From IMG/VR virus record IMGVR_UViG_3300036770_001877, positions 252 to 64,251 of that record: DNA of 64,000 nucleotides; one strand, 5' to 3'. Within the stretch, counting starts at the first letter, position 1; the number at the start of each line of letters is the position of its first letter. Shown here piece after piece: positions 29,088 through 39,865 of the stretch. The translations under genes were made by a program, and so were the position numbers. The DNA comes from a virus. Taxonomy: Duplodnaviria > Caudoviricetes. The notes below the pieces were generated by a model. That model saw only the letters and a program-made list of their open reading frames with translations. It did no database searches and had not been told where the DNA came from.

Positions 29088-31142
29088 ATGGCTAGATACG
29101 GCGATAGTTTCTACGGCCTTGCGTACTACGGTGCTGCAACACTTGTTGACTTTGACGCATCACCGTTTTTGGCTACGCCAACTGACTATGGAAAAATAAC
29201 CGTAACCTGGACTGAACCAACAGGTTCCTGGGACAAACTGCGGCTTATTAGAAATCCTTTTGGCTTCCCAATGACTCCAGACGACGGAGACCTGTTGGTT
29301 GCAAGCACGCAAGCTGATGACGATGTAATCTATGTTGACATTGGTCAAGTTCCAAATAACTCTGGATTGCTAGAAGGCCATACCTATTACTACGCAATAT
29401 TTGTTAGAGAAACCACCCAGTACACTTGGGTAAAAGCTGGAGAAGCTCTTGGAGTATCCGTTAGAGACTACGGAACTGTAGACCAAATGTATGAATACCT
29501 ACCCGCTATATACAAGGTAAACAATGTATTTTCTGCGTCTGACAACGACACTGAGATAAATGACGACTTATACAACTTTCTAAATATCCTGGCTTTTGAA
29601 TACGACTTTTTTAAAACTTTAGCGCAAAATGTCAGTGAAAGGTTTGACACTCTAAACCTAGATGGGCGACTTATACCCACGCTTATGAATGAGTTTGGCC
29701 TTGTATATGAACCTGAAATTGGGTTACAACAAGCAAGAATTCTACTTAGAAATGCAATCCGCATCTTCTCAAACAAAGGTAACTTATTTGGTTTAAAGAC
29801 TTACGTTACAGCTTTTACTGGGTTTAACTGCGAAATAGGTGAGCCTGTAAATCTTATGTTAGATGTTAATTCCGGCTCTTTTAAAGAAACAATTGGATTA
29901 TGGGAGTCAGAAAGCAATGTAACTTTAACTCGTGGTACTTTGACTTCTGAAACACCAGCGGTAGCGCCTTATGAAGAGCCATTATCTCCTTCTAATTACC
30001 CAAATTTACAAAAAGGGTTTTTAAAGACTACAGCTACTTCTGCGGGAGAAATGACATTTTCTTGTGGGGTTTCCAACCCTAAACTAAAAGGAATACCTGT
30101 AATAGCGGGTCATACGTACACCCTTAGTTTATATAGTTGGGCTAAAACAACTGCAAGAACTGTAGTTGTTGATATTCATTGGTTTGATAGAAACGAAACA
30201 TTTTTAGGCTCAACAGGTGAAGCGTCATACACTAACTCAGTAGGGGTATGGACTAGAAGCCCTGGTTCAACCGGCTCAGCTCCAGCAGAAGCTTACTTTG
30301 CTGTTCCACAAGTACGGATTGAAGCCGCGGCGTCTGGTGAAGTGCATTACATTGATGCGGTTCAATTTGAAGAGTCAGCATCTGTAACCACCTACGTAGA
30401 CCCAAGAAGAGTAGACATTATATTAAAAGCAAATAGAGTTAATTTAATTAAAAACCCAAGCTTTGAATCTTCAGGAGGTTTAAGCTATTGGGAAGAGTCT
30501 AACGGTGCCGATTTGGCATATCCGCTTTCAGTATCACAAGAGGCTACTAATCCAATAAGTGATGAATTTGATTCTGTAGATAATCTAGTTAATATTTGGT
30601 TAAATGTGACTAACACCACAGACGCTCATATTAGAAATGTAGAACCAATAGAGGTTGTTCCTGGGGAACAGTACGCATTAAGCAGTTATGTATGGGGACC
30701 AGTTGTATATGGAACTCCGACTGAACAAGTCACCGCAACGATAGCTTGGTTTGATGAGTCGGATACTTATATTTCATCCTCTTCAGGAGATGCCGTAGTC
30801 CCATCTCTTGCTGCGTGGGTTAGGCCTTCAGTTGTAGGAACTGCACCAACTAACGCTAGATATGCAAGAGCTACTTTTATTTTTGGAGCTTCGCCTGGAG
30901 CCCTTACTGTTTATGGTATGGACGGCGTGCTGCTGGAGAGGTCTTCGTATGTGGCTCCATACTTTGACGGCTCTTATGGGTACAACCAACTTTCAGATTT
31001 AGTGTGGGAAGGCACCCCAGGATTAAGTAGAAGCCATTACTATAAAAATAGATTAGTTATTCAAGACAGGCTTGCTGAAACAGTAGGTAACTACATAATC
31101 CACGGCATTCCGTGGGCAGTATTCGTCGCCCAGCCTGACTAG
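29088..31142 (+). CDS. Baseplate wedge (P2 gpI-like) protein with FN3 and carbohydrate-binding-like domains
   Basis: 'YLPAIY', 'KG...GL..Y', 'NLIKNPSFE', two CBM-like modules. Confidence 0.75.
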   Translation: MARYGDSFYGLAYYGAATLVDFDASPFLATPTDYGKITVTWTEPTGSWDKLRLIRNPFGFPMTPDDGDLLVASTQADDDVIYVDIGQVPNNSGLLEGHTYYYAIFVRETTQYTWVKAGEALGVSVRDYGTVDQMYEYLPAIYKVNNVFSASDNDTEINDDLYNFLNILAFEYDFFKTLAQNVSERFDTLNLDGRLIPTLMNEFGLVYEPEIGLQQARILLRNAIRIFSNKGNLFGLKTYVTAFTGFNCEIGEPVNLMLDVNSGSFKETIGLWESESNVTLTRGTLTSETPAVAPYEEPLSPSNYPNLQKGFLKTTATSAGEMTFSCGVSNPKLKGIPVIAGHTYTLSLYSWAKTTARTVVVDIHWFDRNETFLGSTGEASYTNSVGVWTRSPGSTGSAPAEAYFAVPQVRIEAAASGEVHYIDAVQFEESASVTTYVDPRRVDIILKANRVNLIKNPSFESSGGLSYWEESNGADLAYPLSVSQEATNPISDEFDSVDNLVNIWLNVTNTTDAHIRNVEPIEVVPGEQYALSSYVWGPVVYGTPTEQVTATIAWFDESDTYISSSSGDAVVPSLAAWVRPSVVGTAPTNARYARATFIFGASPGALTVYGMDGVLLERSSYVAPYFDGSYGYNQLSDLVWEGTPGLSRSHYYKNRLVIQDRLAETVGNYIIHGIPWAVFVAQPD

Positions 31143-31191
31143 AAAGTTTTTCCTAGTGGTGTAGTCTAGCCCCTCCATCAAGGAGGTACTG

Positions 31192-31830
31192 ATGAGACTA
31201 CAAACTGTAGTAATCATAGGAAATGGCAAGACTTCTAGAGCAAATGTAGAAGCAATACTTAGTGATGTAATAACCGTACATAAAGAAAATATTCAGTTTG
31301 CTTTTATAGCAAGAAGCACGCAGTCTGAAGGCATCATATGGGCTCAACAGTACGTCGCTGAGCAGGGCCGAGTTGGCGTTGTATATGGTTCAGATTTATC
31401 CCTAGACCTAAAGAAACTAAAAGAAGACAACGCTGGTAGAACCATAGAGTTCTATGTGCTTTGGGATGATGAAGACTACGACTGCTTAGAGGCAGTTAGT
31501 TTTTGCCAAGAGAACAACATAGCTATGTTCGACTTAACAAATGGGCTCATAGCTATAAAACCATCTGTAAAGATAGAACAACCTGTACTAGTGGAGATGC
31601 CTGAAGTAGAAAAGATAACTAACCCTGAAGCTGGTTTAGTTAAAAAAGTTATTAAAACCGATGAGGAAGAGGAAGAAGAAGAGGAAGAGTTTGAGGACGA
31701 TGAGGAAGAGCTAGACTCCGAAGACATCATCCTTGAAGGTATACAAGAAATTGCTAGGGTGTTTGCCATGGCGATTGCTGCAGAACTCAAGACGATACTA
31801 AAGCCTGAGGCTGACAATGAAGATAAGTAA
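31192..31830 (+). CDS. Hypothetical protein with Rossmann/SLOG-like N-terminus and an acidic tract
   Basis: SD AAGGAGG; long poly-Glu/Asp run. Confidence 0.6.
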   Translation: MRLQTVVIIGNGKTSRANVEAILSDVITVHKENIQFAFIARSTQSEGIIWAQQYVAEQGRVGVVYGSDLSLDLKKLKEDNAGRTIEFYVLWDDEDYDCLEAVSFCQENNIAMFDLTNGLIAIKPSVKIEQPVLVEMPEVEKITNPEAGLVKKVIKTDEEEEEEEEEFEDDEEELDSEDIILEGIQEIARVFAMAIAAELKTILKPEADNEDK

Positions 31831-32668
31831 ATTGGCACGAGAGTGGCTGGTTTACTTTTCTAACCACCCTCATGTCCGCATAAACACCCGCTCTTTAGTT
31901 GAGCGAGGCCTAAGCCGTAGGAAGAGCCAATCAGTCATTAGGGAGCTTCTAGAGGCAGGTTATTTGAAGTCTAGAAAGAACTCCCGGATAGGTACAAAGC
32001 TAGAGCTAGACACTACCACTCTGGTATCGTCCGATATAGCTGTATATAGCCATACTGGCTCAAGCTATATTTCTAATAGCGAAATAGCTCCAGCTGTATT
32101 TCTATATAAGCAGGTTAGTGAATATTTGTCCGACGGAGTCGGACCTAAAGGAGAAACCATGGGTTGGGATATATTCAAACCGACGAGTGACCCCAAAGCC
32201 GAAATGCTTGAAGAGCGTCGTAAGTTTGAAGAGCGCAAGAAAGCCGAGTACCGCGAAGAGCGTTCCAAGAAGCAAGCCGAGAGGCGAGTCCACCGCTCTA
32301 AGGTTCCCACCGACCTATGGAAGTCCCAAGATGTGGCGCATGAGTTTGCCGACCGCCTTATGGACTTTTGGGATATCCCGCCGTTCCGCGTAATTAATTC
32401 CAGATTCGTCCCCGCGCTTGCACAGATGAGAAAGACCCTAGATACCAACGGCACCATAGAGCTCGTTATGATGGAGCTGTTCTTTGGTTCTATCCAGCAT
32501 GACAAGTACAACGATGCGGACCACCTATGGAGAGCCTTTATCAAGATGGCCCCTTCTTTCGTTGAGCAAGCCCGTCGTTCTGTAGTTACACCAGAGGAGG
32601 CTGTGACCAACAAGATTGATGCCGAGGTTCAGGCAGACAAGAAGCTATCTAGGTTTGAGGAGGAATAG
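31817..32668 (+). CDS. Replication initiator (N-terminal winged HTH)
   Basis: 'GLSRRK.Q..IREL.EAGYL' wHTH; directly upstream of the DnaC-like gene; internal repeats. Confidence 0.6.
   Translation: MKISKLAREWLVYFSNHPHVRINTRSLVERGLSRRKSQSVIRELLEAGYLKSRKNSRIGTKLELDTTTLVSSDIAVYSHTGSSYISNSEIAPAVFLYKQVSEYLSDGVGPKGETMGWDIFKPTSDPKAEMLEERRKFEERKKAEYREERSKKQAERRVHRSKVPTDLWKSQDVAHEFADRLMDFWDIPPFRVINSRFVPALAQMRKTLDTNGTIELVMMELFFGSIQHDKYNDADHLWRAFIKMAPSFVEQARRSVVTPEEAVTNKIDAEVQADKKLSRFEEE
32030..32110. repeat. Iteron-like ATATAGC/AATAGC repeats (candidate origin of replication)
   Basis: ATATAGC at 32034 and 32044; inverted GCTATAT at 32064; AATAGC at 32075 and 32083; AT-rich surroundings. Confidence 0.55.
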
Positions 32669-33354
32669 TGTTCGATATAAACGAAGTGCCTATCCGACGT
32701 AGGACTTGGATACAGATGGCAAACCTGCCAAAGGCCCGTGTGGGCTGGGAATTGGGTGACTGTACAGACGTACCCCAGGCTGACCTAGAACGGGTCTCTA
32801 AATGGCTCACAGGGCTCTACAAGGGCATCGTGGTCGGCGCCACAGGAAAGGATACGTGCGGCGTAGGACTACTCCTCTACGGCCTTCCAGGGCGCGGTAA
32901 GACGGCATTGGCAGCCTCTATCCTCCAGGAAATCATGCGCCATGCCACTCCTGAGGCCTTAAAGATGGAGGATGGCAAGGTCTTGGTACGCCCCTGCTAC
33001 TTCACGACTTTTAGCGCCCTTCTAGACCTGAAAGGCGCCAATATGGATGAACCTGAGGAATCAGAGGCAAGCCTGTTCAACGGCATATTTGGGACCAACA
33101 AGTCCGATGCCTACAATGTCAGGGTCTTGGTCTTAGATGATGTCGGGCGCGAACACGCCAGTCTCTCTGGCTGGCAGAAGAGTGTTCTTCATCACTTGCT
33201 TAGGACCCGCTACAACAACGGTCTTCCAACTATCGTAACCTCAAATGTGTTGAAGAAAGAATGGGCTGCTCTCTACGGTGATGCAACCGCATCTTTTGTA
33301 GACGAAGCCTTTGTTCCCCTATCAATGGACAACGAAGACTTGAGGAGACTATGA
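32668..33354 (+). CDS. DnaC/IstB-like AAA+ helicase loader
   Basis: Walker A GLPGRGKT, Walker B LVLDDVG.E, 'RY....PTIVTSN'. Confidence 0.9.
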   Translation: MFDINEVPIRRRTWIQMANLPKARVGWELGDCTDVPQADLERVSKWLTGLYKGIVVGATGKDTCGVGLLLYGLPGRGKTALAASILQEIMRHATPEALKMEDGKVLVRPCYFTTFSALLDLKGANMDEPEESEASLFNGIFGTNKSDAYNVRVLVLDDVGREHASLSGWQKSVLHHLLRTRYNNGLPTIVTSNVLKKEWAALYGDATASFVDEAFVPLSMDNEDLRRL

Positions 33355-33650
33355 ACGAGTACCGGCTATTGCAGGTGTTCCTAAGCACAAGCTCTACAAA
33401 CCCAGGCCCAGGAATTTTTGAGGTTTACGGAGATGAAGAGCAGAACTTGAAATGTTCATGCCCAGGATTTAACGTCAAAGGAACATGCAAGCACACTAAG
33501 TACGTGAACCTGCGTATTGATGAGAACGATGGTGTGTATCCTGTTGAAATTTCAACTAAAGCTTCGGTAGCCGAGGCTGAATTGGCTAAGAATGACCCCG
33601 ATAAATTTAGGGAATTCCTAATTAAATACGGGAAAATTGAGGTTTTCTAA
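33351..33650 (+). CDS. SWIM zinc-finger protein
   Basis: CSCPGF....CKH. Confidence 0.8.
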   Translation: MNEYRLLQVFLSTSSTNPGPGIFEVYGDEEQNLKCSCPGFNVKGTCKHTKYVNLRIDENDGVYPVEISTKASVAEAELAKNDPDKFREFLIKYGKIEVF

Positions 33651-34057
33651 TGCAGAACGGGGATATAAGCAACGCTTTGCCTCCACGGTTCTTGGTTACG
33701 CTAGACGTGATAACCGACGAGTACGTGGACGAGCAGAAGATTTGGCGCATAATCCCCGTCAAGAGAACTAAGACGCACTACAACAGACTTGTTTTAAGTC
33801 ATCTATACGTGACTTCCTTAAAGCGCGGGTGGACCTTAGAACTGATTGGATATGGGAAAACAGACGAGGAGATGGTTGAAGTAATGCAATATCTTGACCA
33901 GTACGGCACTAATCCGTTTAGATATGCCTCTGGGTACAAGTCAATTGACGCACTTGTCAGCCAATTGCCATACAGGCCAGAGATTGCAGGAGTTATAGAT
34001 ATGCCAACGAACCTACTTCGTTACGGAAGTTGGGGAATGGATTTCCCACGACTATGA
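33650..34057 (+). CDS. Hypothetical protein (possibly degenerate HAD-like)
   Basis: Coupled ORF within the replication operon. Confidence 0.6.
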   Translation: MQNGDISNALPPRFLVTLDVITDEYVDEQKIWRIIPVKRTKTHYNRLVLSHLYVTSLKRGWTLELIGYGKTDEEMVEVMQYLDQYGTNPFRYASGYKSIDALVSQLPYRPEIAGVIDMPTNLLRYGSWGMDFPRL

Positions 34058-35280
34058 CAAACGAATCTCGCTTACTTAGTTCTGCAATTGCTCACCGCGA
34101 TTTATCTCCATTGTTCGAGCGCGGTGCCCGCGACTCTTGGTTCGTAGATGAAGAAGACCGCCGTATATGGGTGTTTCTGCGCACACACTTTTCAAAGTAT
34201 GGCGAGTGCCCAAGCATCGAAGTTGTTAACGATAACTTCCCTACCTACAAGCTTTTAGATGTTGCAGACTCCATTGACTACCTAATTGACGACCTGATTG
34301 CAAAGCGTCGCAAGGTTGCAACTAGCAACATGTTGCGTGAGGCAATTACAAAGATTGAAAGAGAGCAAGACCACGAAGGAGCCTTACTTGCTCTGCAGAG
34401 CGGTATCGTTCAAATTGAGCAGAGCGGTCTTAGCCAAACTTCTGATGTAAACCTAATCAAGACCACCGAAGAGCGGTGGGAGGAGTACCAAGCTCTTAAG
34501 TTAAACCCGGGACTACTTGGATGGCCTACTGGATTTCCAACTATTGACTCTGTAACTAATGGTTTACAGAACGGCCAGTTGTTAGTTCTAACCGCTCAAC
34601 CAAAGACCGGTAAGTCCACGTTGCTTATGCAGATTGCCCATAACATTCACAAGGCTGGAGCTGTTCCGTTGTTCCAGTCTTTTGAGATGAGTAACTCTGA
34701 ACAGCAGAAACGTTACGACATTATGCGAGCGCAGATTTCTTATCAGCGTTTGATTACAGGTACTCTCACTCCAGAAGAAGAGGCTCGTTACAGAAACTCA
34801 CTTTCTGATATGTCTGAGGACGAGCATAACTTTTGGTTGGTAGATGCGGTTAACGGAGCCACAGTTTCAGCTATTGCTAGCAAAGTTCAGACGCTTCAAC
34901 CTGACATCATCTTTATTGATGGCGTTTATCTAATGATTGATGAGCAGAGCGGAGAGTCCAACACACCTCTTGCTATTACTAACATAACTCGTTCTCTAAA
35001 GCGCCTAGCTCAGAAGTTTAATAAACCAGTATTTATAACAACTCAGTCTTTGACATGGAAGATGCGCAAAGGCAAGGTCACTTCGGACTCAATTGGTTAC
35101 TCATCTTCGTTCTTCCAAGACGCGGACGTACTCTTTGGTCTTGAGCGAGAAGATGAAAACATTGACGACACTCGTATATTTAAAGTCATGAACGCAAGAA
35201 ATTCTGGGCCAGTAGAGACCTCACTTTTGTTTACATTCGACACTGGACAGTTCAGAGAACTAACAGGCGATGACATATGA
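34054..35280 (+). CDS. dnaB: DnaB-like replicative helicase
   Basis: 'PTGFPTID..TNGLQ.GQL', AQPKTGKS, SFEMS, 'FIDG.YL', 'QDAD'; ATGA-coupled start at 34054 preferred. Confidence 0.93.
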   Translation: MTNESRLLSSAIAHRDLSPLFERGARDSWFVDEEDRRIWVFLRTHFSKYGECPSIEVVNDNFPTYKLLDVADSIDYLIDDLIAKRRKVATSNMLREAITKIEREQDHEGALLALQSGIVQIEQSGLSQTSDVNLIKTTEERWEEYQALKLNPGLLGWPTGFPTIDSVTNGLQNGQLLVLTAQPKTGKSTLLMQIAHNIHKAGAVPLFQSFEMSNSEQQKRYDIMRAQISYQRLITGTLTPEEEARYRNSLSDMSEDEHNFWLVDAVNGATVSAIASKVQTLQPDIIFIDGVYLMIDEQSGESNTPLAITNITRSLKRLAQKFNKPVFITTQSLTWKMRKGKVTSDSIGYSSSFFQDADVLFGLEREDENIDDTRIFKVMNARNSGPVETSLLFTFDTGQFRELTGDDI

Positions 35281-36236
35281 CAATAGAAGAGATGGAGGAG
35301 ATTCTTGCCCGTCTCAATATGGATGTGGTAGGAATCAACGGCTCCGAAATACGTTCGTTTTGCCCAGGTCATTTAGAGATTAAGGGTAAGGAAGACTCCA
35401 ACCCTTCTTGGTATATAAATTCAGACACTGGCGCTCACATATGTTTTTCTTGTGGTTTTAAGGGCAGTCTTTTATCCCTAATAGCGTATGTAAAAGGCTT
35501 TAAGGATGTTCACGGAAATCTTGATTACGCAGATGCAAAAGATTGGCTGTACTTAGAGAATACTGACTTGTCGCTCCTTTTGGAGAGGGCTGAAAGAAAA
35601 CCTAAAACTGAAGATGTATTCAAAGAGGTGACTGAGATTAGCGACGCCCGCTTAGCTATTTTCACAGACCCTCCCGCTGATGCCTTGTCGGCTCGCGGTT
35701 TGACCCTAGCTGCTGCTAGAAAATATCAATTGTTGTGGGACCCCAAACACAGCAACTGGGTCACGCCCATACGTGACCCTTTTACAAACGAACTTATGGG
35801 GTGGCAGGAGAAAGGTTATGAGAAACGCTTTTTCAGGAATTATCCTACCGGGATTGAAAAGGGCAAAGCCCTCTTTGGTTTTGCTCAGTATTCTGGCGGG
35901 CGGCTTGTTGTTGTTGAATCTCCTCTAGATGTTGTACGCCTAGAGTCGGTTGGCGTTTCTGGTGGGGTTGCTACCTTTGGAGCCCTAGTGACCAAAGAGC
36001 AGATAAACCTCATTAGAGGCGCCGACCAAATATTTTTTGCGTTTGACCATGATGACGCTGGTAAACTTGCTTCTGAAAAAGTTTTGGAACTGTCTTCTAA
36101 ATATCAGTTTGAAGCTTGGTTCTTTAACTACTCACACACAGATATGAAAGACGTGGGCGCTATGAGTAAGTCTGAGATACTTCAAGGACTTGAGAGCGCT
36201 CGCCATTCTTTACACGGTTCAAAGGCATTAACGTGA
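35277..36236 (+). CDS. DNA primase (CHC2 zinc finger + TOPRIM)
   Basis: CPGH...CFSCG; 'VVESPLD'; 'FDHDDAG'. Confidence 0.92.
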   Translation: MTIEEMEEILARLNMDVVGINGSEIRSFCPGHLEIKGKEDSNPSWYINSDTGAHICFSCGFKGSLLSLIAYVKGFKDVHGNLDYADAKDWLYLENTDLSLLLERAERKPKTEDVFKEVTEISDARLAIFTDPPADALSARGLTLAAARKYQLLWDPKHSNWVTPIRDPFTNELMGWQEKGYEKRFFRNYPTGIEKGKALFGFAQYSGGRLVVVESPLDVVRLESVGVSGGVATFGALVTKEQINLIRGADQIFFAFDHDDAGKLASEKVLELSSKYQFEAWFFNYSHTDMKDVGAMSKSEILQGLESARHSLHGSKALT

Positions 36237-36442
36237 ATAGTTACGAAGATGCCATTAAAGTTGTAAAAGAGTTCTACTACAGATGTCCAAATATAGAGGA
36301 CCACAAGTGCTATACCTGGTGGCGTCACGAACAATGCGCTGTGCTCATGGCTATTCTTTTTGTTTTAACCAAAGACCCAGTCTACGACTTAGGTGAGTCG
36401 GGAGATTGGTGGGATAGGTTTTTTGATGACATTCAAAGGTGA
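36233..36442 (+). CDS. Hypothetical protein
   Basis: GTGA-coupled ORF between primase and helicase. Confidence 0.5.
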   Translation: MNSYEDAIKVVKEFYYRCPNIEDHKCYTWWRHEQCAVLMAILFVLTKDPVYDLGESGDWWDRFFDDIQR

Positions 36443-38009
36443 GCTACTTCCATATCAACCAGAGGCCGTTGACAAGATGTGTGAGCGGAAAAAGATGCTG
36501 GTTGCTTATGACTTGGGGTTAGGCAAAACAGTATTAACTATTGCCGCTTTAGAGCGCTTAATGGATGAGGGTGCGATTACAGAACCTGGAATTATTATCT
36601 GTTTGTCTAGCTTAAAGTATCAATGGTCTAATCAGATTAAAAAGTTTACCGAGGGCACGTCTAAGTCAATCGTTATAGACGGCACTCCTAAGCAGAGAGA
36701 AGACCAGTACAACAAAGCCTACCGTTGGAAAGACTCAAAAATAGACTACGTAATCGTTAACTACGAGCAGGTAGTGAACGACTGGAAGTTTATACAAAAG
36801 CTTCCTAGGGGTTTTATTGTTATTGACGAGGCTACAGCTATCAAGTCATTTCGTTCTAAAAGGTCTAGAGCTGTAAAGAAACTAGCAGACGCTCCTTACA
36901 AGTTTGCTCTTACCGGCACTCCAATTGAAAATGGTAAACCAGAAGAGCTATTCAGCATAATGCAGTTTGTAGATGACAAGGTTTTAGGGAGGTTTGATAT
37001 CTTTGATGCAGCATTTATTGTACGTAATCATTGGGGTGGTGTTAGGCGGTATAGGAACCTTCCTACTTTGCATTCTCGTCTTAAGGAAGCTTGTGTTAGG
37101 AAATCGCAAAAAGACCCAGATGTCGCCCCGTATCTTCCAGATGCTATTTATAAAGAACCGATACAAGTAGTTCTTGACCGTAAGTCTGCAAAGTTATACA
37201 AACAGATAATTGACGATGTTCTAATTGACTTAGACACAGCGCAGACTATCTTTGGCTCAAACTTTAATTTGTTGGCTCATTATGGATACGACCGCTCCTC
37301 TTCTCAAGGCGATGAGCTACGAGGCAAGATAATGTCTAAAATTGGATGCTTGAAGATGCTTTGTTGTTCTCCAGAGCTTTTACGGACTAGCGCCAGAAAG
37401 TTTTCACAAGCAAATGGGGAAGGCTCTGCGTATGCCTATGACCTAGAACAGGCAGGGCTTTTAGACGGCCTTCCCAATACAAAGCTAGATATCCTTATAG
37501 ATTACGCTAGTGATTTTTTAGCACAACAAGAGACAAACAAACTAGTCATATTCTGCACTTACGTTGACATACTCGACATGATTGCAGAACGCCTGGGCCC
37601 AGATATGTGTCGGATTTATTCAGGACGCATAGACGCTAAGACTAAAGAGGAGAACAAGGTTGCTTTCAATACAGACCCTGCTGTACGTGTGCTTATATCT
37701 AGCGATGCTGGGGGGTATGGTGTTGACCTACCGGCTGCTAACCAACTTATTAACTTCGATTTACCTTGGTCTTCTGGTTCGGCAACACAGCGAAACGGAA
37801 GAATAAATAGGGCTTCTTCGGAATGGCCCACCATAGTCATACAAGACATCCTTGTCAGCGGTTCTATTGAGATTCGACAACACGAGGCTCTTCAACAGAA
37901 GAACGCCGTTGCCTCAGCGGTCATAGATGGACAAGGCATAAATGACAAGGGCGGGGTTGACTTAACTATCGGTAGTCTGACCCAGTTCCTTCGGGCTGCT
38001 GCTGTTTGA
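36425..38009 (+). CDS. SNF2-family helicase
   Basis: 'GLGKT', 'DEAT', 'LTGTPIEN', 'QRNGRINR'. Confidence 0.93.
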
Positions 38010-38084
38010 TTTTGTCAAATGTGGCCCAGCTCACACGCCGAGTCCTGTTATATAGTTTTAAGCCTATATTTTAGTGTTTTAAGG

Positions 38085-38093
38085 TGTTAAAAT
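38085..38093 (+). promoter_or_regulatory. Extended -10 promoter TGnTAAAAT, leaderless for the RHH gene
   Basis: 6 nt between the hexamer and ATG 38100; no SD at normal spacing. Confidence 0.6.
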
Positions 38094-38099
38094 ATTTAA

Positions 38100-38255
38100 A
38101 TGCCTAATGCACCTAAGACGCCTACCCGTACCATCCGCGTATCGGACGAGCTGTGGACCGCTGTTCAGGCTAAGGCTGCCCAAGAAGCGGTAACCGTGAC
38201 TAGCGTAATTATTAAAGCTTTAGAGGAATACGTCTCAGGTATTGACAACAACTAG
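38100..38255 (+). CDS. Ribbon-helix-helix DNA-binding protein (not in ORF track)
   Basis: MPNAPKTPTRTIRVSDELWTAVQAKAAQEAVTVTSVIIKALEEYV...; Arc-like pattern common in actinophages. Confidence 0.85.
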   Translation: MPNAPKTPTRTIRVSDELWTAVQAKAAQEAVTVTSVIIKALEEYVSGIDNN

Positions 38256-38271
38256 CTCTTGGCTCTAAGTT
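38242..38271 (+). promoter_or_regulatory. Sigma70-type promoter TTGACA-N18-TAAGTT
   Basis: Perfect -35 hexamer upstream of 38298. Confidence 0.5.
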
Positions 38272-38297
38272 TGTACCCAACCTAATGGGAGGTACAA

Positions 38298-38720
38298 ATG
38301 ACAATGCCAGAAGCAATTTCGCTAGACATTATAAAGTCAGAAGTTAGACAGTATCAAGCTCTTAAAGATGAAGTAGAGCTACTTAATAAAAGAAAAGACG
38401 ACGTTAAAGGTCGTATATTTCAAAGCGCTGAAACTCAAGGAGAACAGAACGACAGAGGTCATTTTGTTCTAGAGATTGATGATGAAGTAAGCGGTATCAA
38501 GCGAGTAGTTAAACAACGACGCGCTTCTAAATCTTTTAATCCAGAAGCAGCAGAGGTACTTCTTACACAGAAAGAACTACGCGACTCATGCGTTAAAACT
38601 GTTGAGTTGTTGGATGAAGACGCCATTATGGCTGCTTACTATGAAGGCAAGTTAACTGATGCCGACATTGATTTAATGTTCCCCGACAAAATTACCTGGG
38701 CTCTTATTCTGGAGAAGTAA
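38298..38720 (+). CDS. Hypothetical protein with coiled-coil N-terminus
   Basis: SD GGAGG; clean ORF. Confidence 0.7.
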   Translation: MTMPEAISLDIIKSEVRQYQALKDEVELLNKRKDDVKGRIFQSAETQGEQNDRGHFVLEIDDEVSGIKRVVKQRRASKSFNPEAAEVLLTQKELRDSCVKTVELLDEDAIMAAYYEGKLTDADIDLMFPDKITWALILEK

Positions 38721-39178
38721 TGTCTTCAGACTTTATTGAGGAGACTTTTTCAGGTCTCGATGCTTATTACCCAAATAGTAAACGTAAGCGTCGTCCTGTT
38801 GAGACAAAGAAACAAGTAAAGTCTGAGTCTTGGGAAGATGATTTTTACGAAAAGATGATTGGTGGTGTGAACAGACAAATGTATACATTGGGTTCACTAG
38901 CCAAAGCATTGAACAGGTCCCCAAAGACATTGCGTCAATGGATGGACGATGATAAGTTTCCACTTGCGCCTTACAGGCTTCCAGATAAAACTGGACGTAA
39001 TGGAAAGGTCTACGCCGGTCGTAGGCTTTACAGTAAGGCTATGGTGGAGGCTGCGGTAAAGATATTTACCTCAGCTGGACTGCTACACGCGGATAAGGTA
39101 GACTGGTCAATGCACCGGAATCTCGTTGATGAGATTGCCGAGGCGTGGGCCACAATCCGCGCAAACGAACTAACCTAA
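38720..39178 (+). CDS. MerR-like HTH DNA-binding protein
   Basis: 'YTLGSLAKALNRSPKTLRQW....FP', 'RRLYS'. Confidence 0.75.
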   Translation: MSSDFIEETFSGLDAYYPNSKRKRRPVETKKQVKSESWEDDFYEKMIGGVNRQMYTLGSLAKALNRSPKTLRQWMDDDKFPLAPYRLPDKTGRNGKVYAGRRLYSKAMVEAAVKIFTSAGLLHADKVDWSMHRNLVDEIAEAWATIRANELT

Positions 39179-39191
39179 GGAGAAAAAGGCT

Positions 39192-39857
39192 ATGGCCATT
39201 CAGCAAGATGCCCCCGATGCTTCAGCTTATTTAACTGAAGACTCAATTGATGAGCGACCAGCTCAATCAACAACCAAGATGTCTGACGACATCGTTAAGT
39301 CCGGATGGGAAGCCGCAGAGAAACTTTCTGTTAGCTCATCCGATTTCCCAACTGAGGTTCGCTTTGTAGAAGGCGAATATCTCGTTCTCAAGTTCCTCGA
39401 TGCAGACGGCCCGTTTGCAAGTTACAAGCAACACTTCCTTAACAAAACAGGTAAGCGTTCTTACACTTGCTTGGGTGCTGTATGTCCTCTTTGCACAAAG
39501 CTTGAGGACCGTCCAGAGAACAAGCGTGCTTTTTCAGTGGTTAACTTTAGCCACGAAGAAGGACCAAAGAAGCAGATGATTGTTGCAGGCGCTCGCCTGT
39601 TTCAGGCAATTCACGCTGCTCACTTCTCTCCACAAGGACCGCTCAATCAAAACTATTGGGCTGTACTTCGTACAGGAAAGAATGCTGCAACCTCTTACAC
39701 AATCATGCCTGTAAAAGAGCGTGACTTGATGGAGGATTGGAAGATTGACCCTGCTATGGCCTCAGAGGCTATTGCAAACGTTGAGCCATATACGGCTGAC
39801 GTAATTCAGAAACATTCAGTAGAAGAACTAGACGATATCGCGTCAGCACTTCTATAA
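39192..39857 (+). CDS. Single-stranded DNA-binding protein (gp32-like, Zn)
   Basis: 'QHF', 'C....CPLC', 'R.G...TSY.I.P', acidic end; upstream of polA. Confidence 0.7.
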   Translation: MAIQQDAPDASAYLTEDSIDERPAQSTTKMSDDIVKSGWEAAEKLSVSSSDFPTEVRFVEGEYLVLKFLDADGPFASYKQHFLNKTGKRSYTCLGAVCPLCTKLEDRPENKRAFSVVNFSHEEGPKKQMIVAGARLFQAIHAAHFSPQGPLNQNYWAVLRTGKNAATSYTIMPVKERDLMEDWKIDPAMASEAIANVEPYTADVIQKHSVEELDDIASALL

Positions 39858-39865
39858 GTAATTGG

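Noticed and set aside
17594-31142. Bacterial extracellular contractile injection system or tailocin rather than a phage
   Set aside because: Contiguous with a complete phage replication, recombination and nucleotide gene set, with no host housekeeping genes
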